From the human T2T-CHM13v2.0 reference genome, Homo sapiens: a stretch of DNA of 64,000 nt. Where the stretch lies: assembly GCF_009914755.1 (NCBI RefSeq), contig NC_060925.1, one strand, 5' to 3'. Both the position numbers and the translations under genes were made by a program. Below the pieces are notes generated by a model. The model was not told the DNA's origin. It saw only the letters and a program-made list of their open reading frames with translations, and searched no databases. Below, one piece after another: positions 25,820 through 40,800 of this stretch; the first letter of the stretch is position 1; every line of letters begins with the position of its first letter.

Positions 25820-28800
25820 AAAAGGGCGTTTCAACCTGAACTCACAAGGGAAGGTTCAACTCTGAGAGTTGAATGCCAACATCACAAAGAAGTTCTGGGA
25901 ATGTTTCTCTTCAGTTATGTGAGTTTTATCCCGTTTCCAACGAAATTCTCAGAGAAGTACAAATATCCACTTGCATATTCTACACAAAGTGTGTTTTGAA
26001 AGTGCTCCATCAAAAGATATGCTCAGCTCTGTGAGTTAAACTCAATCATCACAAAGAATTTTCTGAGAATGCTTCTGTCTTGTTTTAGGATGAAGTTATT
26101 TCCTTTACGACGATAGGCCTCAAAGAGGTCCAAATCTCCACTTGCAGATTCTGCAGAAGGAGTGTTTCAAACCTGAACTATCAGAGAAAGGTTCAACACT
26201 GTGAGTTGAATGCAAGCATCACGAAGAAGGTTCTGAGAATGCTTCTGTTTAGATAGGTGAGTTTTCTCCCGTATCCAACGAAATCCTCAGAGAGGTCCAA
26301 ATATCCACTTGCAGATTCTACAGAAAGTGTGTTTTGAAACTGCTCCATCCAAAGGAATGTTCAGCTCTGTGAGTTGAACTCAATCGTCACAAAGTGTTTC
26401 CTGGGAATGCTACTGTCTAGTTTTTATGGGCAGTTATATCCTCTGCTGTCATAGGCCTCAAAGCGGTCCAAATCTCCCCTTTCAGATTCTACCAAAAGTG
26501 TGTTTCCAAACGGCTCTATTAAAGGGAATGTTCAACTCTGTGACTTGAATGCAATCATCACAAAGCAGTTTCTGAGAATGCTTCCATGTAGCTTTAATGA
26601 GCAGATATTTCCTTTTCCACCCCAGGCCTCGAAGCCCTCCAAATGTCCCCTTGCAGATGCTAGAAAGAGAGGGTTTCAAAGCTGCTCTATCAAAAGGAAA
26701 GTACAACTCTGTGAGTTGAATGCAAACATCACAAAGAAGTTCCTGAGCATGCTTCCGTTTAGCTTTCATGGGAAGATTATCCCTTTTCCATCGAAATGTT
26801 CAACGAGGTCCACATATCCGCTTGCAGATTCCACCGAAAGAGTGTTTCCAAACTGCTGTATCGAAAGGAATCTTCAACTCCGTGAGTTGAATGCAATCAT
26901 CACAAAGAAGTTTCTGACAATGCTTCTCTCTACTTTTTATGTGAAGATATTTCCTTTTCCACCACAGGCCTGAAAGCGCTCCAAATGTCCACTTGGAGAC
27001 TCTACGAAAAGAATGTTTCAAAACTGCTCTATGAAAAGCAATGTTATACTCTGGGAGTTGAACACAAGCCCCACAAAGGAGTTTCTGAGATTGCTTCTGT
27101 TTACTTTTTACGTGAAGATATTCCCGTTTCCAAAGAAATCTTCACAGAGTTCCACCTATCCATTTGCAGATGTTAGAAAATGAGAGTTTCAAAACTGCTC
27201 TATCAAAAGGAATGTTCAACTCTGTGAGTTGAATGCAGTCATCACAGAGAAGTTTCTGAGAAGGCTTCTGGCTAGATTTTATGTGAAGATATACCCGTTT
27301 CGAACAAAGGCAACAAAGTGCTCCAAATATCCACTTGCAGGTCCTCCAACAAGAGTGTTTCAAACGTGAACTATCAAAGGAAGGTTCAACTCTGGACTTT
27401 GAATGCAAACGTCAGAAAGATGTTTCTGCGAAAGCTTCTGTTTAGTTAGGTGACGTTATCCCGTTTCCAACGAAATCCTCAGAGAGGTCCAAATATCCAC
27501 CTGCAGATTCTGCAAAAACTGTGTTTCCAAACTGCTCCACCCAAAGGCATGTTCAGCTCTGTGAGTTAAACTCAATCATCACAAAGTATTTTCTGAGAAT
27601 GCTTCTGTCCAGTTTTTACATGAAGCTGTTTCCTTTACTACCGTAGGCCTCAAAGCGTTCCAAATCTCCACTTGCAGATACTACGAAAAGAGCGTTTCAA
27701 CCTGAACTCACAAGGGAAGGTTCAACTCTGTCAGTTGAATGCCAACGTCACAAAGAAGTTCTGGGAATGTTTCTCTTCAGTTATGTGAGTTTTATCCCGT
27801 TTCCAACGAAATTCTCAGAGAAGTACAAATATCCACTTGCATATTCTACAAAAAGTGTGTTTTGAAAGTGCTCCATCAAAAGATATGCTCAGCTCTGTGA
27901 GTTAAACTCAATCATCACAAAGAATTTTCTGAGAATGCTTCTGTCTTGTTTTAGGATGAAGTTATTTCCTTTACGACGATAGGCCTCAAAGAGGTCCAAA
28001 TCTCCACTTGCAGATTCTGCAGAAGGAGTGTTTCAAACCTGAACTACCAGAGAAAGCTTCAACACTGTGAGTTGAATGCAAGCATCACGAAGAAGGTTCT
28101 GAGAATGCTTCTGTTTAGATAGGTGAGTTTTCTCCCGTATCCAACGAAATCCTCAGAGAGGTCCAAATATCCACTTGCAGATTCTACAGAAAGTGTGTTT
28201 TGAAACTGCTCCATCCAAAGGAATGTTGAGCTCTGTGAGTTGAACTCAATCGTCACAAAGTGTTTCCTGGGAATGCTACTGTCTAGTTTTTATGGGCAGT
28301 TATATCCTCTGCTGCCATAGGCCTCAAAGCGGTCCAAATCTCCCCTTTCAGATTCTACCAAAAGTGTGTTTCCAAACGGCTCTATCAAAGGGAATGTTCA
28401 ACTCCGTGACTTGAATGCAATCATCACAAAGCAGTTTCTGAGAATGCTTCCATGTAGCTTTTATGAGCAGATATTTCCTTTTCCACCCCAGGCCTCGAAG
28501 CCCTCCAAATGTCCCCTTGCAGATGCTAGAAAGAGAGGGTTTCAAAGCTGCTCTATCAAAAGGAAAGTACAACTCTGTGAGTTGAATGCAAACATCACAA
28601 AGAAGTTCCTGAGCATGCTTCCGTTTAGCTTTTATGGGAAGATTATCCCTTTTCCATCGAAATGTTCAAAGAGGTCCACATATCCGCTTGCAGATTCCAC
28701 CGAAAGAGTGTTTCCAAACTGCTGTATCAAAAGGAATCTTCAACTCCGTGAGTTGAATGCAATCATCACAAAGAAGTTTCTGACAACGCTTCTCTCTAGT

Positions 28801-31800
28801 TTTTATGTGAAGATATTTCCTTTTCCACCACAGGCCTGAAAGCGCTCCAAATGTCCACTTGGAGACTCTACGAAAAGAATGTTTCAAAACTGCTCTATGA
28901 AAAGCAATGTTATACTCTGGGAGTTGAACACAAGCCTCACAAAGGAGTTTCTGAGAATGCTTCTGTTTACTTTTTACGTGAAGATATTCCCGTTTCCAAA
29001 GAAATCTTCACAGACTTCCACCTATCCATTTGCAGATGCTTGAAAAAGAGAGTTTCAAAACTGCTCTATCAAAAGGAATGTTCAACTCTGTGAGTTGAAT
29101 GCAGTCATCACAGAGAAGTTTCTGAGAAGGCTTCTGTCTAGATTTTATGTGAAGATATACCCGTTTCGAACGAAGGCCACAAAGTGCTCCAAATATCCAC
29201 TTGCAGGTCCTCCAACAAGAGTGTTTCAAACGTGAACTATCAAAGGAAGGTTCAACTCTGGACTTTGAATGCAAACGTCAGAAAGATGTTTCTGCGAAAG
29301 CTTCTGTTTAGTTAGGTGACGTTATCCCGTTTCCAACGAAATCCTCAGAGAGGTCCAAATATCCACCTGCAGATTCTGCAAAAAGTGTGTTTCCAAACTG
29401 CTCCACCCAAAGGCATGTTCAGCTCTGTGAGTTAAACTCAATCATCACAAAGTATTTTCTGAGAATGCTTCTGTCCAGTTTTTACATGAAGCTGTTTCCT
29501 TTACTACCGTAGGCCTCAAAGCGTTCCAAATCTCCACTTGCAGATACTACGAAAAGGGCGTTTCAACCTGAACTCACAAGGGAAGGTTCAACTCTGAGAG
29601 TTGAATGCCAACATCACAAAGAAGTTCTGGGAATGTTTCTCTTCAGTTATGTGAGTTTTATCCCGTTTCCAACGAAATTCTCAGAGAAGTACAAATATCC
29701 ACTTGCATATTCTACACAAAGTGTGTTTTGAAAGTGCTCCATCAAAAGATATGCTCAGCTCTGTGAGTTAAACTCAATCATCACAAAGAATTTTCTGAGA
29801 ATGCTTCTGTCTTGTTTTAGGATGAAGTTATTTCCTTTACGACGATAGGCCTCAAAGAGGTCCAAATCTCCACTTGCAGATTCTGCAGAAGGAGTGTTTC
29901 AAACCTGAACTATCAGAGAAAGGTTCAACACTGTGAGTTGAATGCAAGCATCACGAAGAAGGTTCTGAGAATGCTTCTGTTTAGATAGGTGAGTTTTCTC
30001 CCGTATCCAACGAAATCCTCAGAGAGGTCCAAATATCCACTTGCAGATTCTACAGAAAGTGTGTTTTGAAACTGCTCCATCCAAAGGAATGTTCAGCTCT
30101 GTGAGTTGAACTCAATCGTCACAAAGTGTTTCCTGGGAATGCTACTGTCTAGTTTTTATGGGCAGTTATATCCTCTGCTGTCATAGGCCTCAAAGCGGTC
30201 CAAATCTCCCCTTTCAGATTCTACCAAAAGTGTGTTTCCAAACGGCTCTATTAAAGGGAATGTTCAACTCTGTGACTTGAATGCAATCATCACAAAGCAG
30301 TTTCTGAGAATGCTTCCATGTAGCTTTAATGAGCAGATATTTCCTTTTCCACCCCAGGCCTCGAAGCCCTCCAAATGTCCCCTTGCAGATGCTAGAAAGA
30401 GAGGGTTTCAAAGCTGCTCTATCAAAAGGAAAGTACAACTCTGTGAGTTGAATGCAAACATCACAAAGAAGTTCCTGAGCATGCTTCCGTTTAGCTTTTA
30501 TGGGAAGATTATCCCTTTTCCATCGAAATGTTCAACGAGGTCCACATATCCGCTTGCAGATTCCACCGAAAGAGTGTTTCCAAACTGCTGTATCAAAAGG
30601 AATCTTCAACTCCGTGAGTTGAATGCAATCATCACAAAGAAGTTTCTGACAATGCTTCTCTCTAGTTTTTATGTGAAGATATTTCCTTTTCCACCACAGG
30701 CCTGAAAGCGCTCCAAATGTCCACTTGGAGACTCTACGAAAAGAATGTTTCAAAACTGCTCTATGAAAAGCAATGTTATACTCTGGGAGTTGAACACAAG
30801 CCTCACAAAGGAGTTTCTGAGATTGCTTCTGTTTACTTTTTACGTGAAGATATTCCCGTTTCCAAAGAAATCTTCACAGAGTTCCACCTATCCATTTGCA
30901 GATGTTAGAAAATGAGAGTTTCAAAACTGCTCTATCAAAAGGAATGTTCAACTCTGTGAGTTGAATGCAGTCATCACAGAGAAGTTTCTGAGAAGGCTTC
31001 TGGCTAGATTTTATGTGAAGATATACCCGTTTCGAACAAAGGCAACAAAGTGCTCCAAATATCCACTTGCAGGTCCTCCAACAAGAGTGTTTCAAACGTG
31101 AACTATCAAAGGAAGGTTCAACTCTGGACTTTGAATGCAAACGTCAGAAAGATGTTTCTGCGAAAGCTTCTGTTTAGTTAGGTGACGTTATCCCGTTTCC
31201 AACGAAATCCTCAGAGAGGTCCAAATATCCACCTGCAGATTCTGCAAAAACTGTGTTTCCAAACTGCTCCACCCAAAGGCATGTTCAGCTCTGTGAGTTA
31301 AACTCAATCATCACAAAGTATTTTCTGAGAATGCTTCTGTCCAGTTTTTACATGAAGCTGTTTCCTTTACTACCGTAGGCCTCAAAGCGTTCCAAATATC
31401 CACTTGCAGATACTACGAAAAGAGCGTTTCAACCTGAACTCACAAGGGAAGGTTCAACTCTGTCAGTTGAATGCCAACGTCACAAAGAAGTTCTGGGAAT
31501 GTTTCTCTTCAGTTATGTGAGTTTTATCCCGTTTCCAACGAAATTCTCAGAGAAGTACAAATATCCACTTGCATATTCTACAAAAAGTGTGTTTTGAAAG
31601 TGCTCCATCAAAAGATATGCTCAGCTCTGTGAGTTAAACTCAATCATCACAAAGAATTTTCTGAGAATGCTTCTGTCTTGTTTTAGGATGAAGTTATTTC
31701 CTTTACGACGATAGGCCTCAAAGAGGTCCAAATCTCCACTTCCAGATTCTGCAGAAGGAGTGTTTCAAACCTGAACTACCAGAGAAAGGTTCAACACTGT

Positions 31801-34800
31801 GAGTTGAATGCAAGCATCACGAAGAAGGTTCTGAGAATGCTTCTGTTTAGATAGGTGAGTTTTCTCCCGTATCCAACGAAATCCTCAGAGAGGTCCAAAT
31901 ATCCACTTGCAGATTCTACAGAAAGTGTGTTTTGAAACTGCTCCATCCAAAGGAATGTTGAGCTCTGTGAGTTGAACTCAATCGTCACAAAGTGTTTCCT
32001 GGGAATGCTACTGTCTAGTTTTTATGGGCAGTTATATCCTCTGCTGCCATAGGCCTCAAAGCGGTCCAAATCTCCCCTTTCAGATTCTACCAAAAGTGTG
32101 TTTCCAAACGGCTCTATCAAAGGGAATGTTCAACTCCGTGACTTGAATGCAATCATCACAAAGCAGTTTCTGAGAATGCTTCCATGTAGCTTTTATGAGC
32201 AGATATTTCCTTTTCCACCCCAGGCCTCGAAGCCCTCCAAATGTCCCCTTGCAGATGCTAGAAAGAGAGGGTTTCAAAGCTGCTCTATCAAAAGGAAAGT
32301 ACAACTCTGTGAGTTGAATGCAAACATCACAAAGAAGTTCCTGAGCATGCTTCCGTTTAGCTTTTATGGGAAGATTATCCCTTTTCCATCGAAATGTTCA
32401 AAGAGGTCCACATATCCGCTTGCAGATTCCACCGAAAGAGTGTTTCCAAACTGCTGTATCAAAAGGAATCTTCAACTCCGTGAGTTGAATGCAATCATCA
32501 CAAAGAAGTTTCTGACAACGCTTCTCTCTAGTTTTTATGTGAAGATATTTCCTTTTCCACCACAGGCCTGAAAGCGCTCCAAATGTCCACTTGGAGACTC
32601 TACGAAAAGAATGTTTCAAAACTGCTCTATGAAAAGCAATGTTATACTCTGGGAGTTGAACACAAGCCTCACAAAGGAGTTTCTGAGAATGCTTCTGTTT
32701 ACTTTTTACGTGAAGATATTCCCGTTTCCAAAGAAATCTTCACAGACTTCCACCTATCCATTTGCAGATGCTTGAAAAAGAGAGTTTCAAAACTGCTCTA
32801 TCAAAAGGAATGTTCAACTCTGTGAGTTGAATGCAGTCATCACAGAGAAGTTTCTGAGAAGGCTTCTGTCTAGATTTTATGTGAAGATATACCCGTTTCG
32901 AACGAAGGCCACAAAGTGCTCCAAATATCCACTTGCAGGTCCTCCAACAAGAGTGTTTCAAACGTGAACTATCAAAGGAAGGTTCAACTCTGGACTTTGA
33001 ATGCAAACGTCAGAAAGATGTTTCTGCGAAAGCTTCTGTTTAGTTAGGTGACGTTATCCCGTTTCCAACGAAATCCTCAGAGAGGTCCAAATATCCACCT
33101 GCAGATTCTGCAAAAAGTGTGTTTCCAAACTGCTCCACCCAAAGGCATGTTAAGCTCTGTGAGTTAAACTCAATCATCACAAAGTATTTTCTGAGAATGC
33201 TTCTGTCCAGTTTTTACATGAAGCTGTTTCCTTTACTACCGTAGGCCTCAAAGCGTTCCAAATCTCCACTTGCAGATACTACGAAAAGGGCGTTTCAACC
33301 TGAACTCACAAGGGAAGGTTCAACTCTGAGAGTTGAATGCCAACATCACAAAGAAGTTCTGGGAATGTTTCTCTTCAGTTATGTGAGTTTTATCCCGTTT
33401 CCAACGAAATTCTCAGAGAAGTACAAATATCCACTTGCATATTCTACACAAAGTGTGTTTTGAAAGTGCTCCATCAAAAGATATGCTCAGCTCTGTGAGT
33501 TAAACTCAATCATCACAAAGAATTTTCTGAGAATGCTTCTGTCTTGTTTTAGGATGAAGTTATTTCCTTTACGACGATAGGCCTCAAAGAGGTCCAAATC
33601 TCCACTTGCAGATTCTGCAGAAGGAGTGTTTCAAACCTGAACTATCAGAGAAAGGTTCAACACTGTGAGTTGAATGCAAGCATCACGAAGAAGGTTCTGA
33701 GAATGCTTCTGTTTAGATAGGTGAGTTTTCTCCCGTATCCAACGAAATCCTCAGAGAGGTCCAAATATCCACTTGCAGATTCTACAGAAAGTGTGTTTTG
33801 AAACTGCTCCATCCAAAGGAATGTTCAGCTCTGTGAGTTGAACTCAATCGTCACAAAGTGTTTCCTGGGAATGCTACTGTCTAGTTTTTATGGGCAGTTA
33901 TATCCTCTGCTGTCATAGGCCTCAAAGCGGTCCAAATCTCCCCTTTCAGATTCTACCAAAAGTGTGTTTCCAAACGGCTCTATTAAAGGGAATGTTCAAC
34001 TCTGTGACTTGAATGCAATCATCACAAAGCAGTTTCTGAGAATGCTTCCATGTAGCTTTAATGAGCAGATATTTCCTTTTCCACCCCAGGCCTCGAAGCC
34101 CTCCAAATGTCCCCTTGCAGATGCTAGAAAGAGAGGGTTTCAAAGCTGCTCTATCAAAAGGAAAGTACAACTCTGTGAGTTGAATGCAAACATCACAAAG
34201 AAGTTCCTGAGCATGCTTCCGTTTAGCTTTCATGGGAAGATTATCCCTTTTCCATCGAAATGTTCAACGAGGTCCACATATCCGCTTGCAGATTCCACCG
34301 AAAGAGTGTTTCCAAACTGCTGTATCAAAAGGAATCTTCAACTCCGTGAGTTGAATGCAATCATCACAAAGAAGTTTCTGACAATGCTTCTCTCTAGTTT
34401 TTATGTGAAGATATTTCCTTTTCCACCACAGGCCTGAAAGCGCTCCAAATGTCCACTTGGAGACTCTACGAAAAGAATGTTTCAAAACTGCTCTATGAAA
34501 AGCAATGTTATACTCTGGGAGTTGAACACAAGCCTCACAAAGGAGTTTCTGAGATTGCTTCTGTTTACTTTTTACGTGAAGATATTCCCGTTTCCAAAGA
34601 AATCTTCACAGAGTTCCACCTATCCATTTGCAGATGTTAGAAAATGAGAGTTTCAAAACTGCTCTATCAAAAGGAATGTTCAACTCTGTGAGTTGAATGC
34701 AGTCATCACAGAGAAGTTTCTGAGAAGGCTTCTGGCTAGATTTTATGTGAAGATATACCCGTTTCGAACAAAGGCAACAAAGTGCTCCAAATATCCACTT

Positions 34801-37800
34801 GCAGGTCCTCCAACAAGAGTGTTTCAAACGTGAACTATCAAAGGAAGGTTCAACTCTGGACTTTGAATGCAAACGTCAGAAAGATGTTTCTGCGAAAGCT
34901 TCTGTTTAGTTAGGTGACGTTATCCCGTTTCCAACGAAATCCTCAGAGAGGTCCAAATATCCACCTGCAGATTCTGCAAAAAGTGTGTTTCCAAACTGCT
35001 CCACCCAAAGGCATGTTAAGCTCTGTGAGTTAAACTCAATCATCACAAAGTATTTTCTGAGAATGCTTCTGTCCAGTTTTTACATGAAGCTGTTTCCTTT
35101 ACTACCGTAGGCCTCAAAGCGTTCCAAATCTCCACTTGCAGATACTACGAAAAGGGCGTTTCAACCTGAACTCACAAGGGAAGGTTCAACTCTGAGAGTT
35201 GAATGCCAACATCACAAAGAAGTTCTGGGAATGTTTCTCTTCAGTTATGTGAGTTTTATCCCGTTTCCAACGAAATTCTCAGAGAAGTACAAATATCCAC
35301 TTGCATATTCTACACAAAGTGTGTTTTGAAAGTGCTCCATCAAAAGATATGCTCAGCTCTGTGAGTTAAACTCAATCATCACAAAGAATTTTCTGAGAAT
35401 GCTTCTGTCTTGTTTTAGGATGAAGTTATTTCCTTTACGACGATAGGCCTCAAAGAGGTCCAAATCTCCACTTGCAGATTCTGCAGAAGGAGTGTTTCAA
35501 ACCTGAACTATCAGAGAAAGGTTCAACACTGTGAGTTGAATGCAAGCATCACGAAGAAGGTTCTGAGAATGCTTCTGTTTAGATAGGTGAGTTTTCTCCC
35601 GTATCCAACGAAATCCTCAGAGAGGTCCAAATATCCACTTGCAGATTCTACAGAAAGTGTGTTTTGAAACTGCTCCATCCAAAGGAATGTTCAGCTCTGT
35701 GAGTTGAACTCAATCGTCACAAAGTGTTTCCTGGGAATGCTACTGTCTAGTTTTTATGGGCAGTTATATCCTCTGCTGCCATAGGCCTCAAAGCGGTCCA
35801 AATCTCCCCTTTCAGATTCTACCAAAAGTGTGTTTCCAAACGGCTCTATCAAAGGGAATGTTCAACTCTGTGACTTGAATGCAATCATCACAAAGCAGTT
35901 TCTGAGAATGCTTCCATGTAGCTTTAATGAGCAGATATTTCCTTTTCCACCCCAGGCCTCGAAGCCCTCCAAATGTCCCCTTGCAGATGCTAGAAAGAGA
36001 GGGTTTCAAAGCTGCTCTATCAAAAGGAAAGTACAACTCTGTGAGTTGAATGCAAACATCACAAAGAAGTTCCTGAGCATGCTTCCGTTTAGCTTTCATG
36101 GGAAGATTATCCCTTTTCCATCGAAATGTTCAACGAGGTCCACATATCCGCTTGCAGATTCCACCGAAAGAGTGTTTCCAAACTGCTGTATCAAAAGGAA
36201 TCTTCAACTCCGTGAGTTGAATGCAATCATCACAAAGAAGTTTCTGACAATGCTTTTCTCTAGTTTTTATGTGAAGATATTTCCTTTTCCACCACAGGCC
36301 TGAAAGCGCTCCAAATGTCCACTTGGAGACTCTACGAAAAGAATGTTTCAAAACTGCTCTATGAAAAGCAATGTTATACTCTGGGAGTTGAACACAAGCC
36401 TCACAAAGGAGTTTCTGAGATTGCTTCTGTTTACTTTTTACGTGAAGATATTCCCGTTTCCAAAGAAATCTTCACAGAGTTCCACCTATCCATTTGCAGA
36501 TGTTAGAAAATGAGAGTTTCAAAACTGCTCTATCAAAAGGAATGTTCAACTCTGTGAGTTGAATGCAGTCATCACAGAGAAGTTTCTGAGAAGGCTTCTG
36601 GCTAGGTTTTATGTGAAGATATACCCGTTTCGAACAAAGGCAACAAAGTGCTCCAAATATCCACTTGCAGGTCCTCCAACAAGAGTGTTTCAAACGTGAA
36701 CTATCAAAGGAAGGTTCAACTCTGGACTTTGAATGCAAACGTCAGAAAGATGTTTCTGCGAAAGCTTCTGTTTAGTTAGGTGACGTTATCCCGTTTCCAA
36801 CGAAATCCTCAGAGAGGTCCAAATATCCACCTGCAGATTCTGCAAAAACTGTGTTTCCAAACTGCTCCACCCAAAGGCATGTTCAGCTCTGTGAGTTAAA
36901 CTCAATCATCACAAAGTATTTTCTGAGAATGCTTCTGTCCAGTTTTTACATGAAGCTGTTTCCTTTACTACCGTAGGCCTCAAAGCGTTCCAAATATCCA
37001 CTTGCAGATACTACGAAAAGAGCGTTTCAACCTGAACTCACAAGGGAAGGTTCAATTCTGTCAGTTGAATGCCAACGTCACAAAGAAGTTCTGGGAATGT
37101 TTCTCTTCAGTTATGTGAGTTTTATCCCGTTTCCAACGAAATTCTCAGAGAAGTACAAATATCCACTTGCATATTCTACAAAAAGTGTGTTTTGAAAGTG
37201 CTCCATCAAAAGATATGCTCAGCTCTGTGAGTTAAACTCAATCATCACAAAGAATTTTCTGAGAATGCTTCTGTCTTGTTTTAGGATGAAGTTATTTCCT
37301 TTACGACGATAGGCCTCAAAGAGGTCCAAATCTCCACTTCCAGATTCTGCAGAAGGAGTGTTTCAAACCTGAACTACCAGAGAAAGGTTCAACACTGTGA
37401 GTTGAATGCAAGCATCACGAAGAAGGTTCTGAGAATGCTTCTGTTTAGATAGGTGAGTTTTCTCCCGTATCCAACGAAATCCTCAGAGAGGTCCAAATAT
37501 CCACTTGCAGATTCTACAGAAAGTGTGTTTTGAAACTGCTCCATCCAAAGGAATGTTGAGCTCTGTGAGTTGAACTCAATCGTCACAAAGTGTTTCCTGG
37601 GAATGCTACTGTCTAGTTTTTATGGGCAGTTATATCCTCTGCTGCCATAGGCCTCAAAGCGGTCCAAATCTCCCCTTTCAGATTCTACCAAAAGTGTGTT
37701 TCCAAACGGCTCTATCAAAGGGAATGTTCAACTCCGTGACTTGAATGCAATCATCACAAAGCAGTTTCTGAGAATGCTTCCATGTAGCTTTTATGAGCAG

Positions 37801-40800
37801 ATATTTCCTTTTCCACCCCAGGCCTCGAAGCCCTCCAAATGTCCCCTTGCAGATGCTAGAAAGAGAGGGTTTCAAAGCTGCTCTATCAAAAGGAAAGTAC
37901 AACTCTGTGAGTTGAATGCAAACATCACAAAGAAGTTCCTGAGCATGCTTCCGTTTAGCTTTTATGGGAAGATTATCCCTTTTCCATCGAAATGTTCAAA
38001 GAGGTCCACATATCCGCTTGCAGATTCCACCGAAAGAGTGTTTCCAAACTGCTGTATCAAAAGGAATCTTCAACTCCGTGAGTTGAATGCAATCATCACA
38101 AAGAAGTTTCTGACAACGCTTCTCTCTAGTTTTTATGTGAAGATATTTCCTTTTCCACCACAGGCCTGAAAGCGCTCCAAATGTCCACTTGGAGACTCTA
38201 CGAAAAGAATGTTTCAAAACTGCTCTATGAAAAGCAATGTTATACTCTGGGAGTTGAACACAAGCCTCACAAAGGAGTTTCTGAGAATGCTTCTGTTTAC
38301 TTTTTACGTGAAGATATTCCCGTTTCCAAAGAAATCTTCACAGACTTCCACCTATCCATTTGCAGATGCTTGAAAAAGAGAGTTTCAAAACTGCTCTATC
38401 AAAAGGAATGTTCAACTCTGTGAGTTGAATGCAGTCATCACAGAGAAGTTTCTGAGAAGGCTTCTGTCTAGATTTTATGTGAAGATATACCCGTTTCGAA
38501 CGAACGCCACAAAGTGCTCCAAATATCCACTTGCAGGTCCTCCAACAAGAGTGTTTCAAACGTGAACTATCAAAGGAAGGTTCAACTCTGGACTTTGAAT
38601 GCAAACGTCAGAAAGATGTTTCTGCGAAAGCTTCTGTTTAGTTAGGTGACGTTATCCCGTTTCCAACGAAATCCTCAGAGAGGTCCAAATATCCACCTGC
38701 AGATTCTGCAAAAAGTGTGTTTCCAAACTGCTCCACCCAAAGGCATGTTCAGCTCTGTGAGTTAAACTCAATCATCACAAAGTATTTTCTGAGAATGCTT
38801 CTGTCCAGTTTTTACATGAAGCTGTTTCCTTTACTACCGTAGGCCTCAAAGCGTTCCAAATCTCCACTTGCAGATACTACGAAAAGGGCGTTTCAACCTG
38901 AACTCACAAGGGAAGGTTCAACTCTGAGAGTTGAATGCCAACATCACAAAGAAGTTCTGGGAATGTTTCTCTTCAGTTATGTGAGTTTTATCCCGTTTCC
39001 AACGAAATTCTCAGAGAAGTACAAATATCCACTTGCATATTCTACAAAAAGTGTGTTTTGAAAGTGCTCCATCAAAAGATATGCTCAGCTCTGTGAGTTA
39101 AACTCAATCATCACAAAGAATTTTCTGAGAATGCTTCTGTCTTGTTTTAGGATGAAGTTATTTCCTTTACGACGATAGGCCTCAAAGAGGTCCAAATCTC
39201 CACTTGCAGATTCTGCAGAAGGAGTGTTTCAAACCTGAACTATCAGAGAAAGGTTCAACACTGTGAGTTGAATGCAAGCATCACGAAGAAGGTTCTGAGA
39301 ATGCTTCTGTTTAGATAGGTGAGTTTTCTCCCGTATCCAACGAAATCCTCAGAGAGGTCCAAATATCCACTTGCAGATTCTACAGAAAGTGTGTTTTGAA
39401 ACTGCTCCATCCAAAGGAATGTTCAGCTCTGTGAGTTGAACTCAATCGTCACAAAGTGTTTCCTGGGAATGCTACTGTCTAGTTTTTATGGGCAGTTATA
39501 TCCTCTGCTGTCATAGGCCTCAAAGCGGTCCAAATCTCCCCTTTCAGATTCTACCAAAAGTGTGTTTCCAAACGGCTCTATTAAAGGGAATGTTCAACTC
39601 TGTGACTTGAATGCAATCATCACAAAGCAGTTTCTGAGAATGCTTCCATGTAGCTTTAATGAGCAGATATTTCCTTTTCCACCCCAGGCCTCGAAGCCCT
39701 CCAAATGTCCCCTTGCAGATGCTAGAAAGAGAGGGTTTCAAAGCTGCTCTATCAAAAGGAAAGTACAACTCTGTGAGTTGAATGCAAACATCACAAAGAA
39801 GTTCCTGAGCATGCTTCCGTTTAGCTTTCATGGGAAGATTATCCCTTTTCCATCGAAATGTTCAACGAGGTCCACATATCCGCTTGCAGATTCCACCGAA
39901 AGAGTGTTTCCAAACTGCTGTATCAAAAGGAATCTTCAACTCCGTGAGTTGAATGCAATCATCACAAAGAAGTTTCTGACAATGCTTCTCTCTAGTTTTT
40001 ATGTGAAGATATTTCCTTTTCCACCACAGGCCTGAAAGCGCTCCAAATGTCCACTTGGAGACTCTACGAAAAGAATGTTTCAAAACTGCTCTATGAAAAG
40101 CAATGTTATACTCTGGGAGTTGAACACAAGCCTCACAAAGGAGTTTCTGAGATTGCTTCTGTTTACTTTTTACGTGAAGATATTCCCGTTTCCAAAGAAA
40201 TCTTCACAGAGTTCCACCTATCCATTTGCAGATGTTAGAAAATGAGAGTTTCAAAACTGCTCTATCAAAAGGAATGTTCAACTCTGTGAGTTGAATGCAG
40301 TCATCACAGAGAAGTTTCTGAGAAGGCTTCTGGCTAGATTTTATGTGAAGATATACCCGTTTCGAACAAAGGCAACAAAGTGCTCCAAATATCCACTTGC
40401 AGGTCCTCCAACAAGAGTGTTTCAAACGTGAACTATCAAAGGAAGGTTCAACTCTGGACTTTGAATGCAAACGTCAGAAAGATGTTTCTGCGAAAGCTAC
40501 TGTTTAGTTAGGTGACGTTATCCCGTTTCCAACGAAATCCTCAGAGAGGTCCAAATATCCACCTGCAGATTCTGCAAAAAGTGTGTTTCCAAACTGCTCC
40601 ACCCAAAGGCATGTTCAGCTCTGTGAGTTAAACTCAATCATCACAAAGTATTTTCTGAGAATGCTTCTGTCCAGTTTTTACATGAAGCTGTTTCCTTTAC
40701 TACCGTAGGCCTCAAAGCGTTCCAAATCTCCACTTGCAGATACTACGAAAAGGGCGTTTCAACCTGAACTCACAAGGGAAGGTTCAACTCTGAGAGTTGA

